NCBI GenBank assembly: GCA_007376135.1
Contig: VMFR01000007.1
Coordinates: forward strand, 24,287-88,286
From: Parcubacteria group bacterium Gr01-1014_31
GTDB taxonomy: Bacteria > Patescibacteriota > Patescibacteriia > Buchananbacterales > GWA2-38-13
Reading direction: 5' to 3'
DNA length: 64,000 bases
Every line of letters begins with the position of its first letter. The stretch's first letter is position 1. The notes below the pieces were generated by a model. It was not told where the DNA came from. It searched no databases and worked only from the letters and a program-made list of their open reading frames with translations. Positions 1 through 9,035 of this stretch are shown here, piece by piece. A program made the position numbers and the translations under genes.

Positions 1-1425
1 CTTGCGGCATTCGCCCGGTCCTACGTTGCCAGTATGTGGGGTATCAAGGCGCCCTTGGTCACCCTGCTACCTTTTCCAGGGTATTTTCTGTTTGGTACCT
101 CATTCCATATTGCGCTGTACTCATTCGTTCCGTTGTGGGCAGTCTTTAACTACGCATTTTATTACCTCGTGTGGCGTCTCACCTCGCTCAGGTCCGTCAC
201 GCTGCTGGCCGTCGTCGTCGCCGATACCATGCCGCTGATGTTCGGGTTATCGCGGCAGTACTTTGTTGAATTTCCATTAGCCGTTCTCGTGGTGGTCTGG
301 CTGGCCTGGTGGTGGCACGCCGTCCGCTGCTCGCGCTGGCGCTGCGTGGTCGGGGTGGGGGTGTTGTCTGGCCTGGGGCTGCTCCTGAAGGTCACTTTTC
401 CCATTTACGTTGCTCTCCCTGCGGTGGTTATGGCCTGGCAGAGCCGCCGCTCCTCCACCTGGCTCATGGGTCGAGGGTTCGCAGTGCTGTTCCTGGCCAT
501 CGCGATCGCCAGTACTTGGTATGGGCCGAATTTTTCAACCGCGATGGATTTTGCCTTCAGCACCAGCTATGGAACTATCGCCAGCGACTTTTCACTTGGT
601 CCGGTCTTTTCTCCCTCGACGATCGTTGCCTACTGGTTGCAGGTATTGCATCAAGGGATATCCGGGTACTATGGCCTTATCGGCGTTATTACGCTGCTGT
701 TCTGGCTGCCGCGATTCTCTTCCGTGCGGACCTCGCGGCCGCATGGCCGAGCCATGATGGTACTCGTGGCGTGGATAGCCGCGCCGTTGTTGGTGTTCAC
801 ATTCGGGGTGAATAAAGAGATCCGGTACATTCTGCCCGCCCTCCCCGCGCTTGCCGCGCTGCTCGCCCTGCTTCTCGATGATGTTGCAGGGAAAAAATTC
901 GGCGTATTTTCTGTTGCGGTCGGCATGCTTGGTGTTGCCGCGTACGTTGGTGTTTCGTTTTGGCCACGGCTGTTTCCACCGGCATTACCGGTGTCTGCCC
1001 TTGATTGGCGCGCGCAGCGCTATTCCTTTGCGCCTGACCCCACCCGTTGGCCCATCCCCGAACTGCACGCGCTCCTGGAATCCGACCGTCAGCGTCGCGG
1101 AGTTGCAGCTCCAGTTACGGCCCTAGTCCTGGCGAGCACGCCTGCCTTCAACCTCTATACCTTGAATTACTATGCCGAGTTAGCCAGCCCGCGGCACATC
1201 GAATACCTGGAAATCCTCTCCCAGGATGAGCAGTATGCCAATCAACTTCTCCAGGCTGCAGCGTATGTGATTGTGAAGAGTGGCGACGATGTCGGTAGCA
1301 CGGCGTTCAACCCTTTCGGTGTGGCATTGCGGGAAAAAATCCGTCACGACGATTCACTTTTCACGTTCATGGCCGAACTTTTTCTCCCGGATGGTTCGGT
1401 TGCGGCGGTGTATCGGCGGCGATGA
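1..1425 (+). CDS. GT-C/ArnT-PMT (GT39/GT83-like) integral membrane glycosyltransferase, 5'-partial
   Basis: Frame is open from base 1. It has many hydrophobic helices and motifs typical of ArnT/PMT-like proteins (LSRQYFVEFP, GLGLLLK, NKEIRYILPALP). Confidence 0.7.
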   Translation, partial: LAAFARSYVASMWGIKAPLVTLLPFPGYFLFGTSFHIALYSFVPLWAVFNYAFYYLVWRLTSLRSVTLLAVVVADTMPLMFGLSRQYFVEFPLAVLVVVWLAWWWHAVRCSRWRCVVGVGVLSGLGLLLKVTFPIYVALPAVVMAWQSRRSSTWLMGRGFAVLFLAIAIASTWYGPNFSTAMDFAFSTSYGTIASDFSLGPVFSPSTIVAYWLQVLHQGISGYYGLIGVITLLFWLPRFSSVRTSRPHGRAMMVLVAWIAAPLLVFTFGVNKEIRYILPALPALAALLALLLDDVAGKKFGVFSVAVGMLGVAAYVGVSFWPRLFPPALPVSALDWRAQRYSFAPDPTRWPIPELHALLESDRQRRGVAAPVTALVLASTPAFNLYTLNYYAELASPRHIEYLEILSQDEQYANQLLQAAAYVIVKSGDDVGSTAFNPFGVALREKIRHDDSLFTFMAELFLPDGSVAAVYRRR

Positions 1426-1489
1426 GGGTGCCGGGCATTGATTGTCGCGGTTTGCGACCTGTGCTACTAATATATTGAAAGGTATCAAT

Positions 1490-1879
1490 ATGAAAGTCGT
1501 GCAGCAAAAAAAAGTGCTCATCGTTGAGGACGAGCCAAGTTTGCTGGAGCTGTACCGGTTGGCGTTGGAGCAGGCGGGGTTTTCGCTGTTCACGGCCGTC
1601 AACGGCGACGCCGGCTACTTATTGGCCAAGGGTAATCCCGTGGATCTGATCCTGCTAGATATTCTCATGCCCAAGGTGGACGGCTACGCAGCCCTGCGGC
1701 ACCTGAAAAATGACCCGGACACCAAGGAAATTCCGGTCATCATTTTTTCCAATTTGAGCCAGAAAGAGGAGATCGAAAAGGGGTTAAAACTCGGGGCCAA
1801 GGATTTCGTCGTGAAAACCAGCGTGACCCCCAAGGCGTTGGTGGAAAAGGTAAAACAGTGGGTCAGTGGCGACGTTTGA
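1490..1879 (+). CDS. Single-domain response regulator (receiver)
   Basis: VLIVEDE...DLILLDILMPKVDG...IPVIIFSN...GAKDFVVK; ATG at 1490 follows GAAAGG. Confidence 0.9.
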   Translation: MKVVQQKKVLIVEDEPSLLELYRLALEQAGFSLFTAVNGDAGYLLAKGNPVDLILLDILMPKVDGYAALRHLKNDPDTKEIPVIIFSNLSQKEEIEKGLKLGAKDFVVKTSVTPKALVEKVKQWVSGDV

Positions 1880-1913
1880 CCGGGGCAGGGTTCCGTCCTA
1901 CAATATTTCCATT

Positions 1914-2129
1914 ATGAAAAAGCCCGTCGTGGACCGCGCCAAGTGCATCGGGGCCGCCGCTTGCGAGTCGGTCTGTCCCGAAGTATTCAAAGTGGATACC
2001 GAAGGCAAGGCCACCGTCATGGACGGCATAGACTACGAAAAGTATAAGGATAAGATCGCCGATGCCATTGAAATGTGCCCGGTCGCCGCGATCGCCTGGG
2101 AAGAGCATGAAGAAAATCCGGGGAACTAG
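1914..2129 (+). CDS. Small single-cluster ferredoxin, probably 3Fe-4S
   Basis: CIGAAACESVCP ... CPVAAI; the second Cys of the CxxCxxC motif is replaced by Ala. Confidence 0.85.
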   Translation: MKKPVVDRAKCIGAAACESVCPEVFKVDTEGKATVMDGIDYEKYKDKIADAIEMCPVAAIAWEEHEENPGN

Positions 2130-2148
2130 CCGCCATTCCGGGTTCGGG

Positions 2149-2172
2149 AAAACCGCCTAACGGCGGTTTTTT
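2149..2172 (+). terminator. Intrinsic terminator
   Basis: AAAACCGCC-TAAC-GGCGGTTTTTT hairpin with T-tract. Confidence 0.75.
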
Positions 2173-2221
2173 GGTTGACGTCGCGTCAAAATCGGTGCTA
2201 ACGTAAGCAAATAGTACGCGT

Positions 2222-5200
2222 ATGGAAACGGAAGAACCCCGGCAGAAAAAATCTTGGCCCGCGGAAGAGGAAATAATTCTTGCCCGCTGGCAGAAGGGAA
2301 AAATCTTTTCCAAAACTTTGGCGCGTAAATCGCCAAAAGGGAATTTTGTGTTCTACGAAGGGCCGCCGACGGCGAACGCCGCCCCCGGGGTGCACCATGT
2401 GTTGGCGCGTGTCTTCAAGGACATTATCGTCCGCTTCCGCACGATGCAGGGCTACCACGTGGAACGAAAGGCCGGCTGGGACACTCACGGCTTGCCGGTG
2501 GAGCTGCAGGTGGAAAAAAAGCTGGGTCTGAAGTCCAAACCCGAGATCGAAACGTACGGCATTGCCAAGTTCAACGCCGAATGCCGAGAGCTCGTCTGGC
2601 AATTCAAGGACGACTGGGAAAAATTGACCGAGCGTATCGGGTTTTGGCTGGACCTGAAACGTCCGTACGTCACGTATGAGAACGACTACATTGAGAGCGT
2701 GTGGTCGGTCATCGCGAAGGCGCACGCGCGCGAGCTGTTGTACCAAGGCCACAAGGTGGTGCCGTACTGCCCGCGCTGTGGCACTTCCCTGTCATCTCAT
2801 GAAGTGGCGCTTGGGTACCGAAAGATCAAGGAAGACTCCGTCTACGTCAAATGCCGCGTCACCGTTGGCAACCAGTTCGTGCAGAAGGGCGATTTCATCC
2901 TGACCTGGACGACCACGCCGTGGACGCTGCCGGGTAACGTCGCGTTGGCAGTCGGGCCGGATATTGATTATGTATTGGTAGAATTCTCCGATCAGAAAAG
3001 AGATGAAGAAGGAAATGTTGGGCATTTCAGAGCGGTAGTGGCGAAAAGTATTTTTGAATTATGGAAAAATCATCACGATTTGCCACACGATAGTCCACAC
3101 TTCCAATTCATTAGAGAAGGGGGCATTGAATATTTTTCTGGCATCTTAACAGATAAAGGAGAGGGTGCCGGTGGTAACCGCCCTCCGAAGGTCATTCACG
3201 AATTTCGGGGGAAAGATTTGGTTGGCGTTGAATATAAACCATTGTTTCCGGGAGCAGTAGAAAAAGGCAATGCAAAAGTTACTTGGCAAGTTGTACCAGC
3301 AGATTTTGTCACAACCACCGACGGCACGGGCGTCGTGCACACCGCAGTGATGTACGGCGAGGATGACTACCGGCTGGGTGAACAGGTTGGGCTGCCCAAA
3401 CAGCATACCGTCGGGCTGGACGGAAAATTTTTACCGCGCGTTACCGGTTTGGCCGGAAAATACGTGAAGGCCAAAGACACGCAGGAACTCATCTACGACC
3501 ATCTCAAGCGCAATGGCGCTTTCATGCAGACCGCACTTTACGAACACGACTATCCGTTCTGCTGGCGCTGCGATTCGCCGCTCCTGTACTACGCCAAGGA
3601 TTCGTGGTTTGTAGCGATGACCAAGGTGAAAGATGAGCTGCTCAAGAATGCTGAGCAGATCTCCTGGGAGCCCGCGCATATAAAAGAGGGGCGATTCGGC
3701 GAGTGGATCTCCGGCGTCAAAGACTGGGCCATTTCGCGCGAGCGGTATTGGGGAACGCCGCTTCCGGTCTGGGAATGCCGCGGCGGCAGAAGCAGGAAGC
3801 AGGAAGCAGGAAGCAGGGAATCGGCCGGTGAAGGTTGTGGCCATTGGCAGGTGGTGGGGTCGGTGGCGGAACTCAAAAAGTTGGCCAAAAAGATCCCGAA
3901 GGACTTGCATCGGCCGTTCATCGACGCAGTGACCTTCTCGTGTGCGGCGTGCGGCGGGACCATGCGGCGCGTCCCTGAAGTGATGGACGTGTGGCTGGAT
4001 TCCGGCTCGATGCCGTTCGCGCAGTATCATTATCCCTTCGAGAATGAAGAATTGATCGATGGTAAATTATCAACCACGAAATCCAAAAAAACCTACAAGC
4101 TACCACCTACAAGCTACAAGCTCGGAGCACAGTATCCGGCCGACTACATCTGCGAGGCCATTGACCAGACGCGCGGGTGGTTTTACACCCTGCTGGCCGT
4201 TTCCACCATCATGGGTAAAGGCACCAGTTACCGCAATGTGATTTGCCTGGGCCATATCAACGACGCCAGCGGCCGCAAGATGTCCAAGTCCAAGGGCAAC
4301 ATCGTCAACCCCTGGGATGTCATCAACAAGTTCGGCACCGACCCGCTGCGTTGGTACCTCTACACCATCAACCAGCCGGGCGAGGCCAAGAATTTCGATC
4401 TCAAGCAGATCGACGAGGTCGTCAAAAAAGTATTCCTCATCCTGCAAAACGTCGTGGCGTTCTACCGGCTGTATGTACCCAATCCTAAGGCGCAGGTGGT
4501 TCCCCCGAGAACGGAGCACGTGTTGGACCTATGGATCCTCGCGCGGATTTCCCAGTTGAGCGTGACCGTCACCGAAGCGCTGTCCCGGTATGGGGTTATC
4601 GAAGCGGCGCGGCCGATGAGCGACTTCATCACCGACCTGTCCACGTGGTATGTGCGCCGTTCGCGCGACCGCTTCAAGGCCGGCGACCCCGAGGCGATGG
4701 CCACCCTGGGGTACGTACTGCTGCAGACCGCAAAACTTTTAGCGCCGTTTACGCCGTTCTTTGCTGAATATGTGTACCGGGAAGTCGGCGGCAAGCTCGC
4801 CTCGGTGCATTTGGAAGACTGGCCGAAGCGGGAGTCCGTTGACCCGGTCGCGCTGGAAGCGATGACCAAAGCTCGGGCCGTGGTGACCGAGGGCTTGGCG
4901 CTGCGGATGTCAGCCGGGCTGAAGGTGCGCCAGCCGCTGGCCGCCGTTACCGGCCCCGCGATCGGGGCGGAGCTGCAGGATATTGTCAAAGAAGAATTGA
5001 ACGTGTTAGAGTATCGGACCGGCACGACCGTGGCGCTGGACACCGCGATGACCGACCAGCTGCGGGTTGCCGGGTTGGCGCGGGAATTGGTGCGGTGCAT
5101 CAACAACCTGCGCAAGGCGGCTGCGCTGACGGTTGCCGACCGGATCGCCGTCACCTACGACGGCGCACTCGATGACGTACTGGCGTCGCACCGCGACGAG

Positions 5201-5302
5201 GTGCTGCGCAAGACCAATGCCCTCACGATTACCACCGGAACGGGAGGAGAGCCGGTGACGCTGAACGACCGCGCAATTCTGCTGCGGATATCCAAGGTAT
5301 AA
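2222..5302 (+). CDS. ileS: Isoleucine--tRNA ligase, type 2
   Basis: FYEGPPTAN, GWDTHGLPVE, WTTTPWTLPGN, DWAISRERYWGTPLP, DQTRGWF and KMSKS motifs; IleRS2-like C-terminus (GLARELVRCINNLRK). Confidence 0.97.
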   Translation: METEEPRQKKSWPAEEEIILARWQKGKIFSKTLARKSPKGNFVFYEGPPTANAAPGVHHVLARVFKDIIVRFRTMQGYHVERKAGWDTHGLPVELQVEKKLGLKSKPEIETYGIAKFNAECRELVWQFKDDWEKLTERIGFWLDLKRPYVTYENDYIESVWSVIAKAHARELLYQGHKVVPYCPRCGTSLSSHEVALGYRKIKEDSVYVKCRVTVGNQFVQKGDFILTWTTTPWTLPGNVALAVGPDIDYVLVEFSDQKRDEEGNVGHFRAVVAKSIFELWKNHHDLPHDSPHFQFIREGGIEYFSGILTDKGEGAGGNRPPKVIHEFRGKDLVGVEYKPLFPGAVEKGNAKVTWQVVPADFVTTTDGTGVVHTAVMYGEDDYRLGEQVGLPKQHTVGLDGKFLPRVTGLAGKYVKAKDTQELIYDHLKRNGAFMQTALYEHDYPFCWRCDSPLLYYAKDSWFVAMTKVKDELLKNAEQISWEPAHIKEGRFGEWISGVKDWAISRERYWGTPLPVWECRGGRSRKQEAGSRESAGEGCGHWQVVGSVAELKKLAKKIPKDLHRPFIDAVTFSCAACGGTMRRVPEVMDVWLDSGSMPFAQYHYPFENEELIDGKLSTTKSKKTYKLPPTSYKLGAQYPADYICEAIDQTRGWFYTLLAVSTIMGKGTSYRNVICLGHINDASGRKMSKSKGNIVNPWDVINKFGTDPLRWYLYTINQPGEAKNFDLKQIDEVVKKVFLILQNVVAFYRLYVPNPKAQVVPPRTEHVLDLWILARISQLSVTVTEALSRYGVIEAARPMSDFITDLSTWYVRRSRDRFKAGDPEAMATLGYVLLQTAKLLAPFTPFFAEYVYREVGGKLASVHLEDWPKRESVDPVALEAMTKARAVVTEGLALRMSAGLKVRQPLAAVTGPAIGAELQDIVKEELNVLEYRTGTTVALDTAMTDQLRVAGLARELVRCINNLRKAAALTVADRIAVTYDGALDDVLASHRDEVLRKTNALTITTGTGGEPVTLNDRAILLRISKV
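3789..3816 (+). repeat. Heptamer tandem repeat (GAAGCAG)x4 inside ileS
   Basis: Read directly from sequence; part of an in-frame insertion between the two Cys of WEC...CGH. Confidence 0.9.
4093..4120 (+). repeat. Heptamer tandem repeat CTACAAG/CTACCAC x4 inside ileS
   Basis: ctacaag ctaccac ctacaag ctacaag; part of an in-frame insertion before QYPADY. Confidence 0.85.
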
Positions 5303-5305
5303 ATT

Positions 5306-6298
5306 ATGTCCATGACGATCAAGCAAATCTACCAACTCGCCATTCAGCTGGGGAAACTTTCCGATCTGCGCGGCCAAAAATCCGTCGCCAAGGTGCTGGC
5401 CCGTGCCCAGGCGCGGTACGACCACACCCCGGAAAACGACCGCTGGGAACTGGATCCGGAGGCCACGGTGAACCCTTATCTGGATTCGCGCGTGCTCTTC
5501 GACCATGGGCGTCCTGTGCGTAAAGTGTTGGCGGGTATCGATATCACCCCGTCGGATCTCATTATCGCCAAACAGTTGGGCTGCGACCTGGTCATTGCCC
5601 ACCACCCGGCGGGCGAAGGGTTGGCGGATCTGCACGACGTCATGCACCTGCAGGCCGAGGTGATGGCGCTCTACGGCATGCCCATCAACATCGCGGAGTC
5701 CTTGATGCGCGAGCGCATCACAGAGGTGGCTCACGGGGTGTCCGCGTCCAACCACCACCGCACGGTGGATGCCGCCCGGTTGCTGGACATCGGGTTTGCG
5801 TGCACGCACACGTGCACCGACAACCAAGCCGCGAAATTTTTGGATGGCGTCATCCGGCGCGCCAACCCCGAAACGCTGGGGGAGATCATTGCCGCACTCA
5901 AGACCGTGCCGGAGTACCGCGAGGCAATCAAGCGCAAGGCTGGCCCGTTCATCATGGTGGGCACGCCTGAATCGTCGACGGGTAAGATCGTGCTGACCGA
6001 TATCACCGGCGGTACCGAAGGGGCGGTCGGCATTTACGAGAAAATGTCGCAGTACGGGTTTGGCACGATCATCGGGATGCACATGGACAAGGAGCGCAAG
6101 AAAGAGGCGGCGAAGTACCACATCAACGTGGTCATCGCCGGCCATATGTCGTCCGATTCGCTCGGCATGAACCTAATGTTGGACCAGCTGGAACGCCGCG
6201 GTGTGGAAATCATTCCCGCAGCCGGGCTTATCCGCGTCAGCCGCGCCAAGGCCGCCACTCGTACGAAGGCGAGCAAGCCCACGAAGCGTCGTCGTTAA
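5306..6298 (+). CDS. NIF3 (NGG1p-interacting factor 3)-like dinuclear metal protein
   Basis: VLAGIDI, LVIAHHP, HTCTDN and VIAGHMSSDSLG motifs. Confidence 0.8.
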   Translation: MSMTIKQIYQLAIQLGKLSDLRGQKSVAKVLARAQARYDHTPENDRWELDPEATVNPYLDSRVLFDHGRPVRKVLAGIDITPSDLIIAKQLGCDLVIAHHPAGEGLADLHDVMHLQAEVMALYGMPINIAESLMRERITEVAHGVSASNHHRTVDAARLLDIGFACTHTCTDNQAAKFLDGVIRRANPETLGEIIAALKTVPEYREAIKRKAGPFIMVGTPESSTGKIVLTDITGGTEGAVGIYEKMSQYGFGTIIGMHMDKERKKEAAKYHINVVIAGHMSSDSLGMNLMLDQLERRGVEIIPAAGLIRVSRAKAATRTKASKPTKRRR

Positions 6299-6314
6299 AT
6301 TTTTCGGGGCACAC

Positions 6315-6343
6315 AAAAAAGCACGCCCAACGGCGTGCTTTTT
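6315..6343. terminator. Bidirectional intrinsic terminator
   Basis: AAAAAAGCACGCC-CAAC-GGCGTGCTTTTT. Confidence 0.75.
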
Positions 6344-6401
6344 GGACAGAAGAAATGAAGCATTGCCCCGTAAGCGGACGGGTATTCTGGAGGTGGAAAA
6401 T

Positions 6402-6435
6402 AAAAAAAGCGGCAATCGTTGGGAGCGATTGCCGT
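6402..6435 (-). terminator. Intrinsic terminator of the minus-strand hypothetical gene
   Basis: A7 followed by the GCGGCAATCG...CGATTGCCGT hairpin. Confidence 0.65.
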
Positions 6436-6460
6436 TGTTGGTGAAGAACAGTGAATGCGC

Positions 6461-7600
6461 TTAGAGCGCGGCGCACGCTACGCGAAGGTGGTCGCGGCTC
6501 TTGCGCACGCGGGTGCGGTCGGGTTCTTTCGAACCCAAGGTGGCGATGGTGGCGCGGAATTTTTCCGCGAGCGTGGGAACCACCGGCGTGCGCAGGTGGG
6601 CGTCATCGAGCGTCGCGAGACGAGAGAGCAGGTCCTCCAGGCGTCGCAGGTAGCGGTCGACCTGCAGGTCGCCGTTCAGGGCATCCATCTGGATCTCCAG
6701 CAGCAGGTCGGAAATGTCGGCCTGCAGCCGCTTGAGGCGGATCGCCGTTGCCAGCCGCCGCAGGGCCGCCAGCGCGACGTCGCGGTCATTGGCGTACAAT
6801 GCGTTGATGGTGGCGCGGAAGTCCGCGCTGCAGGCGCGTGCCCAGTTGGTCCAGCCGCCGAACGGCACGAGCTGCTTCACGAAATCGGCATGCGGCCAAA
6901 GTTCGTGCGTGACGGAAAGCAATGTCGCCGAAGCATCGGTGAGGTCTGCCAGGCGGCTGACGGCGCGGTTGATCTCCCGCTCGAGGGTCGGGAGAAACCC
7001 CCCGGCCAGCTGCAGCAGAACCGCGACGTCCTGTTCCCAGTGGGCGTAGTAGCCGAGCCACTCGGCGATGTCGGAGACGCGCTCCACGAACAGCCGGTTT
7101 TTGACCGGCACGAGCCGTGCGGCCAGCGCCCCGGTGTTCAGGCGTCCCTTGGCGTCGCGCAGCGGCACGACCAGCTCGACCTGGACGACGACGTCCTTGA
7201 GGGCGTGGGTGCGGGGCTGCCGCAGCGTGTCCAACACGCGCAGCAGGTCGGTTTTGACCTGGGCGAGTGCCTCGGGGGCGACCCGGCCGGCGCTGAGCGT
7301 GATGTTGGCGCCGCCGCATAGGCTGCGCAGCTCTTCCAGCGTGGGAAGGCGGCGGACGATGGTGCCGTAGTGGGCGAGTTTCAGCCCGCGGTGCAGCGAC
7401 CACACGTCGCGGTACTTCCTCCAGCGGCGCTGCTTCTTATCGCCGCGCCGTTCTCCTTCCTCCCAGTACTGGAGGAAGAATTCGCCCGTACCCTGGGCAA
7501 CGAGGATGCTCTTGGGCAGGTGGGTGATGGGGTGGGTCAGAACGTTTTTGCCGCCGTAAGGCACCCAAACTTTGCGCGGCTCAACCGTAAAGGTCAACAT
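6461..7600 (-). CDS. Hypothetical, largely alpha-helical protein (379 aa)
   Basis: Long ORF with GC-rich codon usage; ATG at 7600 preceded by a strong SD (AAAGGAG); terminator downstream; no family recognised. Confidence 0.75.
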   Translation of the reverse strand: MLTFTVEPRKVWVPYGGKNVLTHPITHLPKSILVAQGTGEFFLQYWEEGERRGDKKQRRWRKYRDVWSLHRGLKLAHYGTIVRRLPTLEELRSLCGGANITLSAGRVAPEALAQVKTDLLRVLDTLRQPRTHALKDVVVQVELVVPLRDAKGRLNTGALAARLVPVKNRLFVERVSDIAEWLGYYAHWEQDVAVLLQLAGGFLPTLEREINRAVSRLADLTDASATLLSVTHELWPHADFVKQLVPFGGWTNWARACSADFRATINALYANDRDVALAALRRLATAIRLKRLQADISDLLLEIQMDALNGDLQVDRYLRRLEDLLSRLATLDDAHLRTPVVPTLAEKFRATIATLGSKEPDRTRVRKSRDHLRVACAAL

Positions 7601-7771
7601 GGAACACGCTCCTTTCGTGGCGTGGGATTGCGGATTGTCGAGGTTCGAAAAACCTTCCCCCAACGCTACTGGGAAAATCGCCGTTTGTCAAGATTTCCCG
7701 TTGCCAAATTGGCTTGCTTTTGCTAACGTTGGGGCACGTCGGCGACATTCTGCCGGCATTCGCTTTCACCT

Positions 7772-8398
7772 ATGATCGCAACGCTGCGTGGCACGGTCAC
7801 CTATGTGCACCCGCCCCTCAAGCGCGGCAACCACCTGGTCGTGGAGGTAGGCGCGGTCGGCTACCGCGTAGAGGTGACCGGCACCTTTGTGCGGCAGACC
7901 AAGGTCGGCGCCCAGTTGCAGCTCTACACGCACCTGGAGGTGCGCGAGGATGCCCAGGAGCTGTTTGGTTTTTCCAGCCGCGACGAGTTGCAGATGTTTG
8001 AGCTGCTTATCACGGTGCAGCGCGTCGGTCCGCGTTCGGCGCTCCATGTGATGGAAGTCGTAACGCCGCTGCAGCTACGCCAGGCCGTGGCCGGCGGCCG
8101 GCCGGAATACCTGGTGGAGCACGCCGGGGTCAGCCAGCGTCTGGCGGAGACGTTGGTTGCCGGATTGCGCGGCAAGCTGGAAGAACTGGCCGCCGGTTCC
8201 GGCGCGGCGCACGGCGCACGGGGCGGCCATGCCGAAGCCAGCGAAGCCCTTCAGGCGCTTGGGTTCTCCGTTCAAGACGTGCAGCGTGCGCTCGTGCAAA
8301 TCCCGCTCGACGACGATTCCAGCGAGGCAGTCATCCGCGCGGCGTTGAAATTACTGGGAGAGCGTTCCACCAAACCGGGGTCGCCCCCCGGCCGTTGA
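7772..8398 (+). CDS. ruvA: Holliday junction DNA helicase subunit RuvA
   Basis: MIATLRGTV...VGYRV...LYTHLEVREDAQELFGF...LITVQRVGPRSAL...ALQALGF. Confidence 0.93.
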   Translation: MIATLRGTVTYVHPPLKRGNHLVVEVGAVGYRVEVTGTFVRQTKVGAQLQLYTHLEVREDAQELFGFSSRDELQMFELLITVQRVGPRSALHVMEVVTPLQLRQAVAGGRPEYLVEHAGVSQRLAETLVAGLRGKLEELAAGSGAAHGARGGHAEASEALQALGFSVQDVQRALVQIPLDDDSSEAVIRAALKLLGERSTKPGSPPGR

Positions 8399-8475
8399 AC
8401 CGCCGTTTTTTTTCCGAACATCGCGCCCTTTCCAGACCGGTTTGTCGGCACACCTTTCCCCGCCCCCTCGTAGCT

Positions 8476-8505
8476 TCCGCCCGAGGCGGATCCGCCTGGG
8501 GCGGA
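8476..8505. repeat. Short GC-rich palindromic element (REP-like)
   Basis: TCCGCCCGAGGCGGA-TCCGCCTGGGGCGGA, a 30-bp palindrome with one mismatch. Confidence 0.7.
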
Positions 8506-8585
8506 CAATGGATACCTACCCCCCAGTTGTCGGGTTTATGGTGAGAAGAAATTGATATTGTTGTTTTGCATGGTTCTTTGCCTTT

Positions 8586-8657
8586 GCGCCCATAGCTCAA
8601 TGGATAGAGCACCGGCCTCCGGAGCCGGTGATCGAGGTTCGAATCCTCGTGGGCGCA
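8586..8657 (+). tRNA. tRNA-Arg(CCG), CCA not encoded
   Basis: Acceptor stem GCGCCCA/TGGGCGC, D-arm GCTC/GAGC, anticodon arm CCGGC-CTCCGGA-GCCGG, T-loop GGTTCGAATCC. Confidence 0.95.
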
Positions 8658-8687
8658 GTGGCAAAGAACTCAGCAGAGGCAGGCGGG

Positions 8688-8771
8688 GAGCACCGGCCTC
8701 CGGCTCGTCCGCCGGAGTCCTGTGAAGGTGGAAGCCGGTGGTCGAGGTTCGAGTCCTTGTGGGCGCAGTGG
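8688..8771 (+). pseudogene. Degenerate tandem copy of the 3' two-thirds of tRNA-Arg with a 29-nt insertion in the anticodon loop
   Basis: GAGCACCGGCCTCCGG [8704-8732 insert] AGCCGGTGGTCGAGGTTCGAGTCCTTGTGGGCGCAGTGG; no pairing 5' acceptor strand. Confidence 0.75.
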
Positions 8772-8932
8772 TAGGAGGCTGATTTTTTGTTTCCCAAAAT
8801 GTACTTTTCGTAATTGAGGTTATACACACCCCAGCATCTATTTCTATTGATATTTATAAGTAATGAATTTGGTACGATTTTATTTTCGCGAATAAAATTG
8901 TCTTATTTTAGCAAAATATTTATGTTATCCTC

Positions 8933-8961
8933 TTGCCAATTATGGCTTGTCGTGATATAAT
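8933..8961 (+). promoter_or_regulatory. Sigma70-type promoter for the dockerin surface protein
   Basis: TTGCCA-17 bp-TATAAT in an AT-rich spacer. Confidence 0.65.
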
Positions 8962-9035
8962 TAATAAGTATTCACATTTCGTCCTAAATTTACTTATTTA
9001 CCCCGCGCCTCATGAGGGCCGGGATTTCGATAGTT

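Noticed and set aside
2960-3200. Intein or intron in ileS
   Set aside because: The insert is too short, lacks Cys/Ser...His-Asn splice residues, and the reading frame is continuous.
8903-8930. dif site (TTATGTTA)
   Set aside because: The XerD-like half is partial and there is no matching XerC arm at 6-bp spacing.
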